NCBI GenBank assembly: GCA_035299765.1
Contig: DATGVZ010000066.1
Coordinates: 8,698-72,697 of the forward strand
DNA: 64,000 nucleotides
Origin: Gemmatimonadales bacterium
GTDB taxonomy: Bacteria; Gemmatimonadota; Gemmatimonadetes; Gemmatimonadales; GWC2-71-9
Direction of reading: 5' to 3'
Below the pieces are notes generated by a model. It was not told where the DNA came from. It ran no database searches and worked only from the letters and a program-made list of their open reading frames with translations. Positions 55,497 through 64,000 of the stretch are shown here, piece after piece; position 1 is the first letter of the stretch, and the number at the start of each line of letters is the position of its first letter. The position numbers and the translations under genes were made by a program.

Positions 55497-56603
55497 CTAC
55501 GTGTTGACCAGAATCTGACGCATCAAATCCTCGTCAACAGCTACGGTCCAGCCGTTCTCGTCATCGCCGTAGGGCGTACCGATGGCGCGCGGGATCGCCA
55601 CCCGCAGCTCCCCGGCGCGAACCTTCTTGTCCGATCGCATCGCCTCGATCAGATCATCTACCCGACTCGCATCGGGCCGCTCGATGGGCAGGTTGAGCCG
55701 CTCGAGGACCGCGGCGATACGCGACGCCGTGCCCGCCGCGGCGATCCCGAGCGACTCGGCGAGTCGCGCTTCGTAGACCATGCCGATCGCGACCGCCTCA
55801 CCGTGCAACGCCTCGTACTTCGACGTCGCTTCGATGGCGTGGCCGACGGTGTGACCGAAATTCAAGATCGCCCGCCGGCCGGCCTCGCGCTCGTCGAGCC
55901 CGACGATCGCCGCCTTGATCTCGACCGACCGGCGTACCAGCCGTTCGAGGGCGGGCGCGTGCTTTCCGAAGATTTCCGCGTAGTGCCGTTCCAGGAAGCC
56001 GAAGTAATCCGCGTCGGCGATGGCGCCGTGCTTTACCGCTTCGGCCAGTCCGGCAGAGAGCTGCACGCTCGACAACGATCCCAGCGCCTCGAGATCGGCG
56101 ACGACGAGGCGCGGTTGGTGGAATGCGCCCAGCAGATTCTTCCCCGCCGCCACGTCGACGCCGGTTTTCCCACCGATCGATGAATCGATCATCGCGAGCA
56201 GCGATGTCGGCGCTTGAACCAGCGGCACGCCACGCAGGTATGTCGCCGCCACGAAGCCACCGACGTCGCTCACCACCCCGCCGCCCAATGCGATGACCGC
56301 GCAATCGCGGCCGAGCTGCGCGGCGAGCATGCGGTCGCTCAGGGACGCCCAGGTGTCGCGCGTCTTGTTCCATTCGCCGGCCGGAAACGTGAAAAGCCTC
56401 ACCGTGACGCCCGCCTGCTCGAGCTGTGCTGCCAGAGGCTCCCCGTACACCTTGCCGACATGTGAATCGGAGATCAGCGCATAGGCCGCCGCGGGGCAAT
56501 GGCGCGGCAGGAGCTCGTCCAGCTTCTGAAAGAGTCCGGGGGCGATGAGGATGTCGTAAGAAGCGTCTCGCTGTTCCTGGAGCGAGACGCGAATCGTCAC
56601 CAC
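55497..56603 (-). CDS. aroB: 3-dehydroquinate synthase
   Basis: 368 aa: ...ALGGGVVSDVGGFVAATYLRGV...DSSIGGKTGV..., ...NFGHTVGHAIE.... Confidence 0.92.
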   Translation of the reverse strand: MVTIRVSLQEQRDASYDILIAPGLFQKLDELLPRHCPAAAYALISDSHVGKVYGEPLAAQLEQAGVTVRLFTFPAGEWNKTRDTWASLSDRMLAAQLGRDCAVIALGGGVVSDVGGFVAATYLRGVPLVQAPTSLLAMIDSSIGGKTGVDVAAGKNLLGAFHQPRLVVADLEALGSLSSVQLSAGLAEAVKHGAIADADYFGFLERHYAEIFGKHAPALERLVRRSVEIKAAIVGLDEREAGRRAILNFGHTVGHAIEATSKYEALHGEAVAIGMVYEARLAESLGIAAAGTASRIAAVLERLNLPIERPDASRVDDLIEAMRSDKKVRAGELRVAIPRAIGTPYGDDENGWTVAVDEDLMRQILVNT

Positions 56604-57127
56604 GTGACGTCGGCGTGCCCCGTCTGCGCGTTGACGGCGCGAGCCAGCACGAACAGCAGATCGGAAAGCCGGTTCAGATAGTGGATGATGGTCTGGTTGG
56701 TCGGCTGCTCGCGGTTCAAGCTCACCACCGCCCGCTCCGCCCGCCGGCAGACCGTGCGCGCGACGTGCAACGCGGCCGCTTTGGACGCGCCACCCGGCAG
56801 AATGAAGTTCTTCAGTGGCGTGAGGCCGGCCTCGTGACGGTCGATGACCTGCTCCAGCGCGGTGACGTCCGCGGCGTCGAGCACTTCGCGGAGCTTACCC
56901 GGATCGTGAGCCGCGAGCTCGGCGCCCATCGTAAAGAGATCTCGCTGGATTGCCTGTAGCAGGCTGGACTCGAAAGGCACGGGTTCCAGCGTCGCGGCAA
57001 ATCCGAGCGCCGCGTTGAGCTCGTCGACTTCGCCATACGCGCGCACGCGGAGATGGTCTTTGGGAACGCGGCCCCCGCCGAAGAGCCCCGTCTCACCAGA
57101 GTCGCCAGTCTTCGTGTAGATCTTCAC
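56597..57127 (-). CDS. PduO-type ATP:cob(I)alamin adenosyltransferase
   Basis: The GTG 57127 start gives VKIYTKTGDSGETGLFGGGRV.KD..RV.AYGEVDELNAALG, the canonical PduO/MMAB N-terminus. Confidence 0.88.
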   Translation of the reverse strand: MKIYTKTGDSGETGLFGGGRVPKDHLRVRAYGEVDELNAALGFAATLEPVPFESSLLQAIQRDLFTMGAELAAHDPGKLREVLDAADVTALEQVIDRHEAGLTPLKNFILPGGASKAAALHVARTVCRRAERAVVSLNREQPTNQTIIHYLNRLSDLLFVLARAVNAQTGHADVTW

Positions 57128-57144
57128 GAGTCGGGAACGTACCC

Positions 57145-58068
57145 TCAGGGGCAACGGAGCGCGAGCGGTTGCTCCGCGATGACGTTGCGCGTGGCGGCAT
57201 CCAGCGCCACGGCGCGGGAATCGCTGATCCTCACGTCCGCGATTTCATCGACCAAGAGCAGCGTCCCGCCGCCCGCGCCGGCCACCGCGCCTCGCAGCGA
57301 GTAGCGCCGCGCACCGGCCGAAATCATTCCAGCGACGAGCCGAGTGCGCTGTGGACGCAGCACCCACCGCAGGGCACGCAACGCCGTGTCTGTGACGGCC
57401 AGTCCCGTGATCAGCAAGGTGTCTGCTGCGCGAACGAATCGTCCTCGGAATCCCACCGCATAGGATGAACTGCTGCGGAACAGCGGCACGACTTCGCCGG
57501 CGTCCGACGCCTGGTCGGCATCGAGCACGAGGCCGTGCAGCAATGCCGCCGGGCTCCCGCTGATACTGTCGGCGCGTTGTGCGACGCGGGTCACGAGACG
57601 AAGCGCAGCCTGTCGAGCAAGCGTTGCCGACGGCGTGCCGGCGCCACCGGCGAACGGCTGCGCATCGAGGAGTGCGACCACCGCGACGTGAGACGGTGGC
57701 GTACTGTGACCCGCTGCACCTCCCGGCGGAAACGCGAATACCAGCTCTGTGACCGATTCGGAATACCCGCACGTCTCGCCGGCGTGGAAGCGAGCGAGCA
57801 CGAGCCGGCCCGGTGCCGCGCCGCTCGCCGAGAGTACCGTCGCGCGGTGTCCACTGTTGGGATCAACGGCGATGAGCGGTTTGATGCGCAACGAGTCAGC
57901 CAGATCGCGGCGCGTGAGCTCGTGGTACACGTCCCGTGCAAATCGGTCGCCGGCAATGAACACGTGGGCTTCGCCGCCGAGGCTCCAGCCGAGCGCGGCA
58001 CGCCGCCCGTTACCGGCGCATCCCACTAGGACAAGGACAAGAAGCAGGTTAGCGTTGGCCCGATGCAA
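57145..58068 (-). CDS. Hypothetical lipoprotein
   Basis: This is the lower part of ORF 57145..58638. TTG 58068 gives MHRANANLLLVLVLVGCAG (lipobox). Third-codon-position G/C bias is consistent with coding, and no competing gene lies on the other strand. The start is uncertain, because this choice overlaps the divergent FNR ATG by 6 nt. Confidence 0.5.
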   Translation of the reverse strand: MHRANANLLLVLVLVGCAGNGRRAALGWSLGGEAHVFIAGDRFARDVYHELTRRDLADSLRIKPLIAVDPNSGHRATVLSASGAAPGRLVLARFHAGETCGYSESVTELVFAFPPGGAAGHSTPPSHVAVVALLDAQPFAGGAGTPSATLARQAALRLVTRVAQRADSISGSPAALLHGLVLDADQASDAGEVVPLFRSSSSYAVGFRGRFVRAADTLLITGLAVTDTALRALRWVLRPQRTRLVAGMISAGARRYSLRGAVAGAGGGTLLLVDEIADVRISDSRAVALDAATRNVIAEQPLALRCP

Positions 58069-59085
58069 GACGCGAAAGATATCACCATCATCGGCGCCGG
58101 CCCGACGGGGCTGTTCGCCGCATTCTACGCAGGTATGCGAGGCGCGTCGCATCGGTTGATCGATAACCTCGATCAAGTCGGCGGCCAGCTGACGGCGCTG
58201 TACCCCGAGAAATACGTCTTCGACGTTGCGGGCTTCCCGAAGATTCTCGCCAAAGACCTGGTGAAGGGGATGGCGGAGCAGGGTCTGCAGTGGAAGCCGC
58301 CGGTGCATCTTGCGCAGAAGGTGATCGCTCTCAAGCGCACGCAGGAGAACGGCAAGCCCCTGTTCACGATCGTCACCGACCAAGATGAGTATCCGGGCCG
58401 CACGGTCTTGATCGCCGGCGGGATCGGCGCCTTCACGCCGCGCAAGCTGCCGCTCAAAGACGTGGATCAGTGGAACGACAAGGGGCTCCACGATCGCGTG
58501 CTCAATCTGCAAACCTTTGCCGGCAAGCGGATTCTCATCGTCGGCGGCGGTGACTCGGCGTTCGATTGGGCGGTGAACCTTCAGGGCGTCGCCAAATCCA
58601 TCGTGATGATCCACCGGCGCGACGGCTTCCGCGCCCACCAGGCGACCGTCGACCAGGTGCAGGCGCTCGCCGCGGCTGGGAAGATGGAGCTGCGCACGTT
58701 CTGGGAGCTGAAAGCGATCAGTGGAGCCGACCGGATCGAGCGCGTGACCATCATCAACAACAAGACGAAACAGGAAGAGACGCTGCCGATGGACTGCGTG
58801 ATTCCGCAGCTCGGCTTCGTTTCGTCACTGGGCGCGATCGCGGAGTGGGGGCTCGACATCGAGAAGGGTGACATCAAGGTGGCGCAGACGATGGAGACCA
58901 ATATCCCGGGCATCTACGCAGCGGGAGACATCACGACCTATCCCGGGAAGCTGAAATTAATCGCGACGGGTGTGGCTGAGGCGTGTATCGCCGTCAACCA
59001 TGCGGTGCACTTTCTCAACCCGTCCGCCAAGTTCGAGCCGGGACATAGCTCGAACATGGCGATTTTCGGACAGAAGGACGATTAG
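58063..59085 (+). CDS. Ferredoxin-NADP(+) reductase, thioredoxin-reductase-like (YumC type)
   Basis: ITIIGAGPTGLFAAFYAG (FAD GxGxxG), ILIVGGGDSAFDWA (NADPH GxGxxA), and YAAGDI. It lacks the TrxB CxxC. Confidence 0.88.
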   Translation: MQDAKDITIIGAGPTGLFAAFYAGMRGASHRLIDNLDQVGGQLTALYPEKYVFDVAGFPKILAKDLVKGMAEQGLQWKPPVHLAQKVIALKRTQENGKPLFTIVTDQDEYPGRTVLIAGGIGAFTPRKLPLKDVDQWNDKGLHDRVLNLQTFAGKRILIVGGGDSAFDWAVNLQGVAKSIVMIHRRDGFRAHQATVDQVQALAAAGKMELRTFWELKAISGADRIERVTIINNKTKQEETLPMDCVIPQLGFVSSLGAIAEWGLDIEKGDIKVAQTMETNIPGIYAAGDITTYPGKLKLIATGVAEACIAVNHAVHFLNPSAKFEPGHSSNMAIFGQKDD

Positions 59086-60560
59086 CGCGCGAGCTGTACG
59101 ACCACTGAGTCTATCTGCGCGAGCATCTGCCTGTTCGGTACGTCGTGCGCGTTGGCTTGAATCGAAAAGGTGATCACCCGCCCGTCCGGTCGCTCGATAT
59201 AGCCCGATAGCGTATTCACCCGGAAAATCGATCCCGTTTTCGCGAGCACGCGACCTTCCAGCGGCGTCCCGCCGAAGCGCTTCTGCAGCGAGCCGCGCTG
59301 CTCGGCGCGTGGCAGCGCGGCGAGAAATGGCCGCCGCTTGGGGTGGCGATACATGTAGGCGAGGAGCTGCACGAAGGTGTGCGGAGTGACGAGATTGCCG
59401 GCCGATAATCCCGAGCCGTCATCGAGGGCGAACGCCGTCGAGTCGACCTTCACCGAATCCATCAGGAATCGCTTCTCGACGTCGAGCCCCTTCGCCCAGC
59501 TTCCCGTGTCACCGACCTCGCGCCCGAGAATCTTGAGCAGCATTTCGGCGAACCAGTTCTGACTGGTATTGAGGATCGGGAAAATGATGTCGGTCAATGG
59601 TCGACCGCGGTATTCGACGATTGGATTGCTCCGGACGCCACGATACGCCATCGAGTCGGTCGTGCTGGCTGCGCCGCCTTCCACCGACACACCCTTGCGC
59701 TGTAGCGACATCCCGAGCGCGCGCGCGGCATAGAGACTCGGATCTGGTAGCGCGAAGCTTTCGATCCACGGCGTGCGGCTCAGCGACACGGTCCCTTCGG
59801 CCCAGATGTCGAGTGTCCCCGGCTTGCGGAAGAAGTTGTCGCCGATCGTCGTGCCGGAATCCGCCGGCACCGTCCGCGCGCGGTTCTCGAACGTGAAAAG
59901 GTGCAGGTCGGGATTCCAGGTGATGGACGGCGGCTGATCCACCGCGCCGCCGGGTGTGATCTGGAAATCGACGCTATTGTCGTGGAATCCGAGCCCCGAG
60001 ACGGGCGCCGCATACCACCAGTTGAGGTCGAACGAGCCCCAGTTCCAGTGCGTCAGCCTCGGCTCGAAATACGATCCGTCTCCCACGATTCGCCCGGTGA
60101 CGCGGCGCAGTCCGTGCGCCTTGAGCGAATCGGCGATGGCGTCGACGGCGGTCCACGTCGAGTCGCACACACCCGGCGCCAGCGTATCGACCGCGTAGCA
60201 GCGCTCGGACCACGTTGGATCGCCCCGCCCGTAGAGAATCAAATCGCCCTTCAGCAGGCCGTTCGTCACCGTTCCGTTCGCATACACGCTCGTTCGTACG
60301 CGATAATCGGCGGGGAGCAGGACTGTCGCCGCGGCGGCAACGACGAGCTTGGTATTGCTCGCCGGTACGGAGAAGTGATCGCCGTTGCGGTTGAATAAGA
60401 CGTGCCCGCGATCGTCCTGGGCGTAAATATTCCACGTGGCGCGATCGAACGGCGGCTGATCGAGCAGCCGCGTGATGCGCTGCTGCAATGAGCCGCGGCT
60501 TTGCGCCTGGAGAGCAGCCGCGGCGCTAATCGTAAGCGACGCGAGGATCAGCTTTCGCAT
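59082..60560 (-). CDS. dacB: D-alanyl-D-alanine carboxypeptidase/endopeptidase (PBP4, peptidase S13)
   Basis: Signal peptide MRKLILASLTISAAAALQAQ. S-x-x-K (PASNTK), S-x-N (DGSGLSAGN) and KTG (LAKTGS) motifs are present. Confidence 0.88.
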   Translation of the reverse strand: MRKLILASLTISAAAALQAQSRGSLQQRITRLLDQPPFDRATWNIYAQDDRGHVLFNRNGDHFSVPASNTKLVVAAAATVLLPADYRVRTSVYANGTVTNGLLKGDLILYGRGDPTWSERCYAVDTLAPGVCDSTWTAVDAIADSLKAHGLRRVTGRIVGDGSYFEPRLTHWNWGSFDLNWWYAAPVSGLGFHDNSVDFQITPGGAVDQPPSITWNPDLHLFTFENRARTVPADSGTTIGDNFFRKPGTLDIWAEGTVSLSRTPWIESFALPDPSLYAARALGMSLQRKGVSVEGGAASTTDSMAYRGVRSNPIVEYRGRPLTDIIFPILNTSQNWFAEMLLKILGREVGDTGSWAKGLDVEKRFLMDSVKVDSTAFALDDGSGLSAGNLVTPHTFVQLLAYMYRHPKRRPFLAALPRAEQRGSLQKRFGGTPLEGRVLAKTGSIFRVNTLSGYIERPDGRVITFSIQANAHDVPNRQMLAQIDSVVVQLAR

Positions 60561-61446
60561 AGAGCACGTCGGTGAGAAGGTTGACCAGCAGGAAAATCAC
60601 GGACAGGAACAGGATGCTGCCCTGGATCGCCGGCAGATCGCGCTTTTGAATCGCCAGCAACACGTAGCGTCCCACGCCGGGCCAGGAAAATATCGTCTCG
60701 GTGAGAATACTTCCGGTGAGATAATTGCCAACGTCGAGTCCGAGCACGGTGATAATCGGAAGCAGCGCGTTCCGAAACGCGTGACGGCCGATGACGCGGC
60801 GTTCGGGAAGACCTTTCGCCCGCGCCGTGCGCACAAAATCGGCGGGCAGCACCTCGAACATGGCGCCGCGCGTCATGCGCGCGAGAAACGCGATCGAACG
60901 CGTTCCGAGCGTCAGCGCGGGCAGCACCAGAAACGCCATCCCGCCGTATCCCGACGGCGGCAGCCATTGTAGTGCGACGGCGAACAACAGGATCAGGAGC
61001 AAACCGACCCAGTAAACGGGGAATGATACGCCGACGTAGGCGATGAACATGCTGCAGCGGTCGACCGCACCGCCCGGCCTGATCGCCGCGAGCACACCGA
61101 GTGTGATACCACAGGTCGCGGCGAGCAACATTGCGGCTCCGGCGAGTTGCAGTGTCTTGGGAAATCGCTCGGCCAGGTCGCCGAGGATGGGACGCTGGGT
61201 AATGTAGGAGCGGCCCAAATCGCCCCGTACGACACCCCAGAGATAGTGGCCAAACTGCGCGGGCACGGGCTCGTCCAAATGCAGCTCGGCGCGCAACCGG
61301 ATGATCGTGGCGGAGTCGGCCCGCTCCCCGACCATTTCGGCGACGGGGTCTCCGGGGATGACGTCGAGCAGCAGGAAGGCGACGACGAGCACGCCGAACA
61401 GGGTCGGTATGATCGCCAGCAGTCGGCCGACGACGAGGCGGATCAC
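60526..61446 (-). CDS. ABC transporter permease (DppB/OppB-like)
   Basis: GTG 61446 (GTGA overlap with the SBP stop). VIRLVVGRLLAIIPTLFGVLVVAFLL and the EAA-loop region FVRTARAKGLPERRVIGRHAFRNALLP. Confidence 0.88.
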   Translation of the reverse strand: MIRLVVGRLLAIIPTLFGVLVVAFLLLDVIPGDPVAEMVGERADSATIIRLRAELHLDEPVPAQFGHYLWGVVRGDLGRSYITQRPILGDLAERFPKTLQLAGAAMLLAATCGITLGVLAAIRPGGAVDRCSMFIAYVGVSFPVYWVGLLLILLFAVALQWLPPSGYGGMAFLVLPALTLGTRSIAFLARMTRGAMFEVLPADFVRTARAKGLPERRVIGRHAFRNALLPIITVLGLDVGNYLTGSILTETIFSWPGVGRYVLLAIQKRDLPAIQGSILFLSVIFLLVNLLTDVLYAKADPRVAYD

Positions 61447-63023
61447 TTGGGATGCGCTTTGATCCAGCGCTGGCCGTTGAAGATCACCGGCTCGTCCCAC
61501 CCGTCGAGCGATGGCTGGGCGGCCCAGAGATCGACCGGAAACCAAAGGTAAATCCACGGCGCGTCGCGAAAGATTCGGGTCTCGATGCGGCTGTAGAGCG
61601 CCTCGCGCGCGCGCTGGTCGACGGTGCGGCGCGCCGTGAGGATCAGCGAATCGGTGACCGGATCACTATAGAAGGAAACGTTGCCGCCGGGCCCGAAGCT
61701 GGCGCTGTGAAAAAGCGGATAGAGGAAGTTGTCCGCATCGGGATAGTCGGCCCACCAGTCCAGCAACGCCATATCGGTTTCGCCTTTGCGCGCCGCCTCA
61801 CGCATGCTGGACGCGTCGCGCGACACGATCTCGACCCGGATGCCGACTGCCGAGAGCTGTGCCTGCAGCGCCTGGGCAACGCGACCCAGTTCCACGTTCG
61901 TGCCTGACCGCCATAGCTGCAGGGCGAACCCGTCCGGATAACCGGCGGCGCGCAGCAGCCGTCGCGCCTCGGTGGTGTCGTACGCGTAGGGCCGGCGGGT
62001 CGGATCGCTGCCGCCCAGCGCGGGCGGAATCGATCCCGCGGCCGCGATGCCGCGACTGTTCCAGACGGTGCTGAGGATCTCAGGGATATTGACGGCGTGA
62101 TTGATCGCACGCCGCACGTTCGGATCGCGCAGCGGACCACGGCGATTGTTGAGCGCCACGTAGACGACGCGCAGCGCGGCTTTGCGGTGCAGCCAGTCGG
62201 CGTGCTCGTGCTCCCACTTCATCGTCTCACCGAACGGGATTTCGGCAACCGAAAGCCGGCCCGCCAGAAACTCGGCCGCGCGCGTCAGGGGCTCGGGCAC
62301 GATGCGCACGGTGAGCGATTCGGCGCGGGGCGCGCCGCCCCAGTACGACGGATTGCGAGCGAACCGGAGGTAGTCGTCGTGCTCCCACGCGACGAATCGC
62401 CACGGTCCCGTGCCGATCGGCCGCTGGCCGAAGTCGGGCGCTACGGAAGACGGCACGATCGCGGCGACAGGCATGGCAAGGAATTTCGGAAACACGGCGA
62501 GCGGCTGCGTCAGCGTGAAGACAACCGCGCTGTCGCCGAGGAGCTCGATGCCGCGCACGCCGAGGGCCCGGCCGTCGGCATAGTCCTGCGCGCCGGCGAT
62601 CGGCAGCAGCGGCCAGACTCGTCCGCCGTGCGTTGCGGGATTCAGAACACGCAGGAGTGAGCGTTTGACGTCGGCCGCGACAAACGGATGGCCATCGTGA
62701 AATGTGACTCCCGAACGCAAATGAAAGACGTAACGCTGCGCTTTCTTGTCGGCAGTCCAACGATCGGAAAGGCCGGGCAGCAGTTTGCCGTCGGGATCGA
62801 ACTGCGTCAGACCGTCGAACAACAGCGAGACCATCTCGCCCGTAGGCACATCTGTGGACAGCGCCGGATCGAGCGAACGTGGGTCGTAGGTTTCGTAGTA
62901 GACGAGCCCCCGCAGCTCGTTCCCGCCGCCCGACTTTGCATGGCAGGCAGCGAGAAAACAGAGGAACAGGGCGCTCGTCGCGGTGTCGAAAAGGTTGACA
63001 GTGCGGAGCAAGTGTCGCAACAT
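61443..63023 (-). CDS. ABC transporter substrate-binding lipoprotein (family 5, peptide/nickel)
   Basis: ATG 63023 gives MLRHLL...SALFLCFLAACHA (lipobox). The family 5 body includes ...YVFHLRSGVTFHDGHPF.A.DV.... Confidence 0.85.
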   Translation of the reverse strand: MLRHLLRTVNLFDTATSALFLCFLAACHAKSGGGNELRGLVYYETYDPRSLDPALSTDVPTGEMVSLLFDGLTQFDPDGKLLPGLSDRWTADKKAQRYVFHLRSGVTFHDGHPFVAADVKRSLLRVLNPATHGGRVWPLLPIAGAQDYADGRALGVRGIELLGDSAVVFTLTQPLAVFPKFLAMPVAAIVPSSVAPDFGQRPIGTGPWRFVAWEHDDYLRFARNPSYWGGAPRAESLTVRIVPEPLTRAAEFLAGRLSVAEIPFGETMKWEHEHADWLHRKAALRVVYVALNNRRGPLRDPNVRRAINHAVNIPEILSTVWNSRGIAAAGSIPPALGGSDPTRRPYAYDTTEARRLLRAAGYPDGFALQLWRSGTNVELGRVAQALQAQLSAVGIRVEIVSRDASSMREAARKGETDMALLDWWADYPDADNFLYPLFHSASFGPGGNVSFYSDPVTDSLILTARRTVDQRAREALYSRIETRIFRDAPWIYLWFPVDLWAAQPSLDGWDEPVIFNGQRWIKAHPK

Positions 63024-63048
63024 AGCCAAGACTGGCAAATCCCGTCAA

Positions 63049-64000
63049 TTGCGCGTCGCATCCCTCCTGCTGCTCGCCGCGCTCGCGGCGTCGACCGTTC
63101 TTTCCGCTCAGGAGCAGGAGCGGGTGGTACGGGAGCTGGCGTTCGACGGTAACCGTGCGCTCGAGGATCTGACACTCGAGAGCGCGATCGCGACGACCAA
63201 ATCGAGCTGGTGGGCTAGGAGCCCCTTGGTGCGGTGGCTCGGGCTCGGCGAAAAACGCTACTTCAGCGAAGTCGAGTTTCGGCGCGATGTCGTGCGCCTG
63301 ATTCTGCTCTATCGCCAGAGCGGATACATGAATGCGGTCGTCGACACGTTGGTGCGCCGCACCCCTCGGGACGTCTACGTCACGTTTCGCATTCATGAGG
63401 GCGATCCTGTGCGGGTCGCCGGGCTCGATGTGAAGGGAGTCGAAGGAATTCTGGACCTTAAGGACCTGAAGAGCGATATGCCGCTGCAAGTCGGCGATCC
63501 CTTCAATCGTTTCCTGATGCAGGCCTCAGCCGATACCATCGTGGCGCGTTTGCGCAATGACGGGTATCCGTACGCCGAGGTACTCCGAAACTTCGATTCT
63601 GAGGCGGGGGCGTTGCGGGCGGAAATCGAACTGGATGTGCAACCCGGGCCGCGCATGCGCGTTGGTGAAGTAGTGATTCGGGGCTTACGCGAAGTCGATA
63701 CTGGTACCGTCAGCCGCGTGACGTCCGTGCGTCCCGGTCATTTTTTTCAACAGGAAGCGCTGTATCAGACGCAGCGCGATCTCTACGGAATGGGGGTCTT
63801 CAGTTCCGTCCACGTCGTGCTGGTCGATTCCATCCCACCGTCGGCACCGGGCGATTCCGCCGTGAGGGTGCTGATTCAGGTTGTGGAAGGGCCGCGCCAT
63901 CAGGTGCGACTGGGGGCGGGATATGCGACGTTGGAGTGCTTCCGGGTGCAGAGCGGCTGGACCGCTCACGATTTTCTTGGCGGGGCGAGGACGCTCGATC
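63049..64000 (+). CDS. BamA/TamA family outer-membrane protein (POTRA repeats then barrel start); 3' end lies outside the window
   Basis: Not in the track because the frame is open to the window edge. My own translation from TTG 63049 is MRVASLLLLAALAASTVLSAQEQERVVRELAFDGNRALED...VTFRIHEGDPVRVAGLDVKG...QPGPRMRVGEVVIRG...VQVVEGPRHQVRLGAGYATLECF. It has about three POTRA units. GTG 63001 is an alternative start. Confidence 0.8.
   Translation, partial: MRVASLLLLAALAASTVLSAQEQERVVRELAFDGNRALEDLTLESAIATTKSSWWARSPLVRWLGLGEKRYFSEVEFRRDVVRLILLYRQSGYMNAVVDTLVRRTPRDVYVTFRIHEGDPVRVAGLDVKGVEGILDLKDLKSDMPLQVGDPFNRFLMQASADTIVARLRNDGYPYAEVLRNFDSEAGALRAEIELDVQPGPRMRVGEVVIRGLREVDTGTVSRVTSVRPGHFFQQEALYQTQRDLYGMGVFSSVHVVLVDSIPPSAPGDSAVRVLIQVVEGPRHQVRLGAGYATLECFRVQSGWTAHDFLGGARTLD

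Noticed and set aside
1-64000. Scan for CRISPR arrays, tRNA/rRNA genes, IS elements, integrases, toxin-antitoxin pairs or recognised defence-system genes.
   Set aside because: No intergenic gap exceeds about 220 bp. There are no regularly spaced direct repeats and no transposase, integrase or reverse-transcriptase-like ORF. All sizeable ORFs are accounted for by housekeeping families.

Overview
GC-rich (roughly two-thirds G+C by eye, not computed), densely packed chromosomal window with about 58 protein-coding genes, mostly on the minus strand. Many are joined by 1-4 nt ATGA/GTGA/TGATG overlaps. I found no rRNA, tRNA, CRISPR array, transposase, integrase or phage genes, so this is core-metabolism and envelope DNA rather than an obvious accessory island. 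The gene content suggests a Gemmatimonadota/FCB-group-like organism (inference only): a short Bacteroidetes-style primary-like sigma factor, many Ser/Thr kinases, an OPT transporter and a TamA/BamA-family protein. Recognisable content includes: an M42 peptidase; an OPT transporter; two tandem membrane Ser/Thr kinases; an NfeD-stomatin pair; two DUF4097 proteins; a ccdA-tlpA redox pair; a DinB/methyltransferase/M28/GNAT/Fpg string; fused homocysteine methyltransferase-MTHFR; an ECF sigma/anti-sigma module; actinobacterial-type fused 2-oxoglutarate dehydrogenase (Kgd/OdhA); glnK-amt; PEP carboxylase; a GH38 mannosidase; glcDEF; aroB; a PduO adenosyltransferase; ferredoxin-NADP reductase; PBP4; and a partial peptide ABC system. 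The five observations most worth a second look are these. (1) An exported AhpC/TSA peroxiredoxin has an in-frame TGA exactly at the peroxidatic Cys position, followed by a SECIS-like hairpin, so it is a candidate selenoprotein. (2) A family of G/A-rich hairpin repeats (GGAAnGnnGGAAGG arms) is inserted in frame in linker regions of kgd (two copies) and glcF (one copy). (3) AT-rich TGATCA/CATTGG palindromes bracket a frameshifted DUF2231-like gene. (4) A pseudoknot-capable SAM-II-like leader with a terminator lies upstream of the methionine-cycle gene. (5) A cluster of DnaA-box 9-mers sits in the AT-rich spacer upstream of the sigma-70 gene. All calls come from reading the sequence and ORF translations. 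No database search was run.
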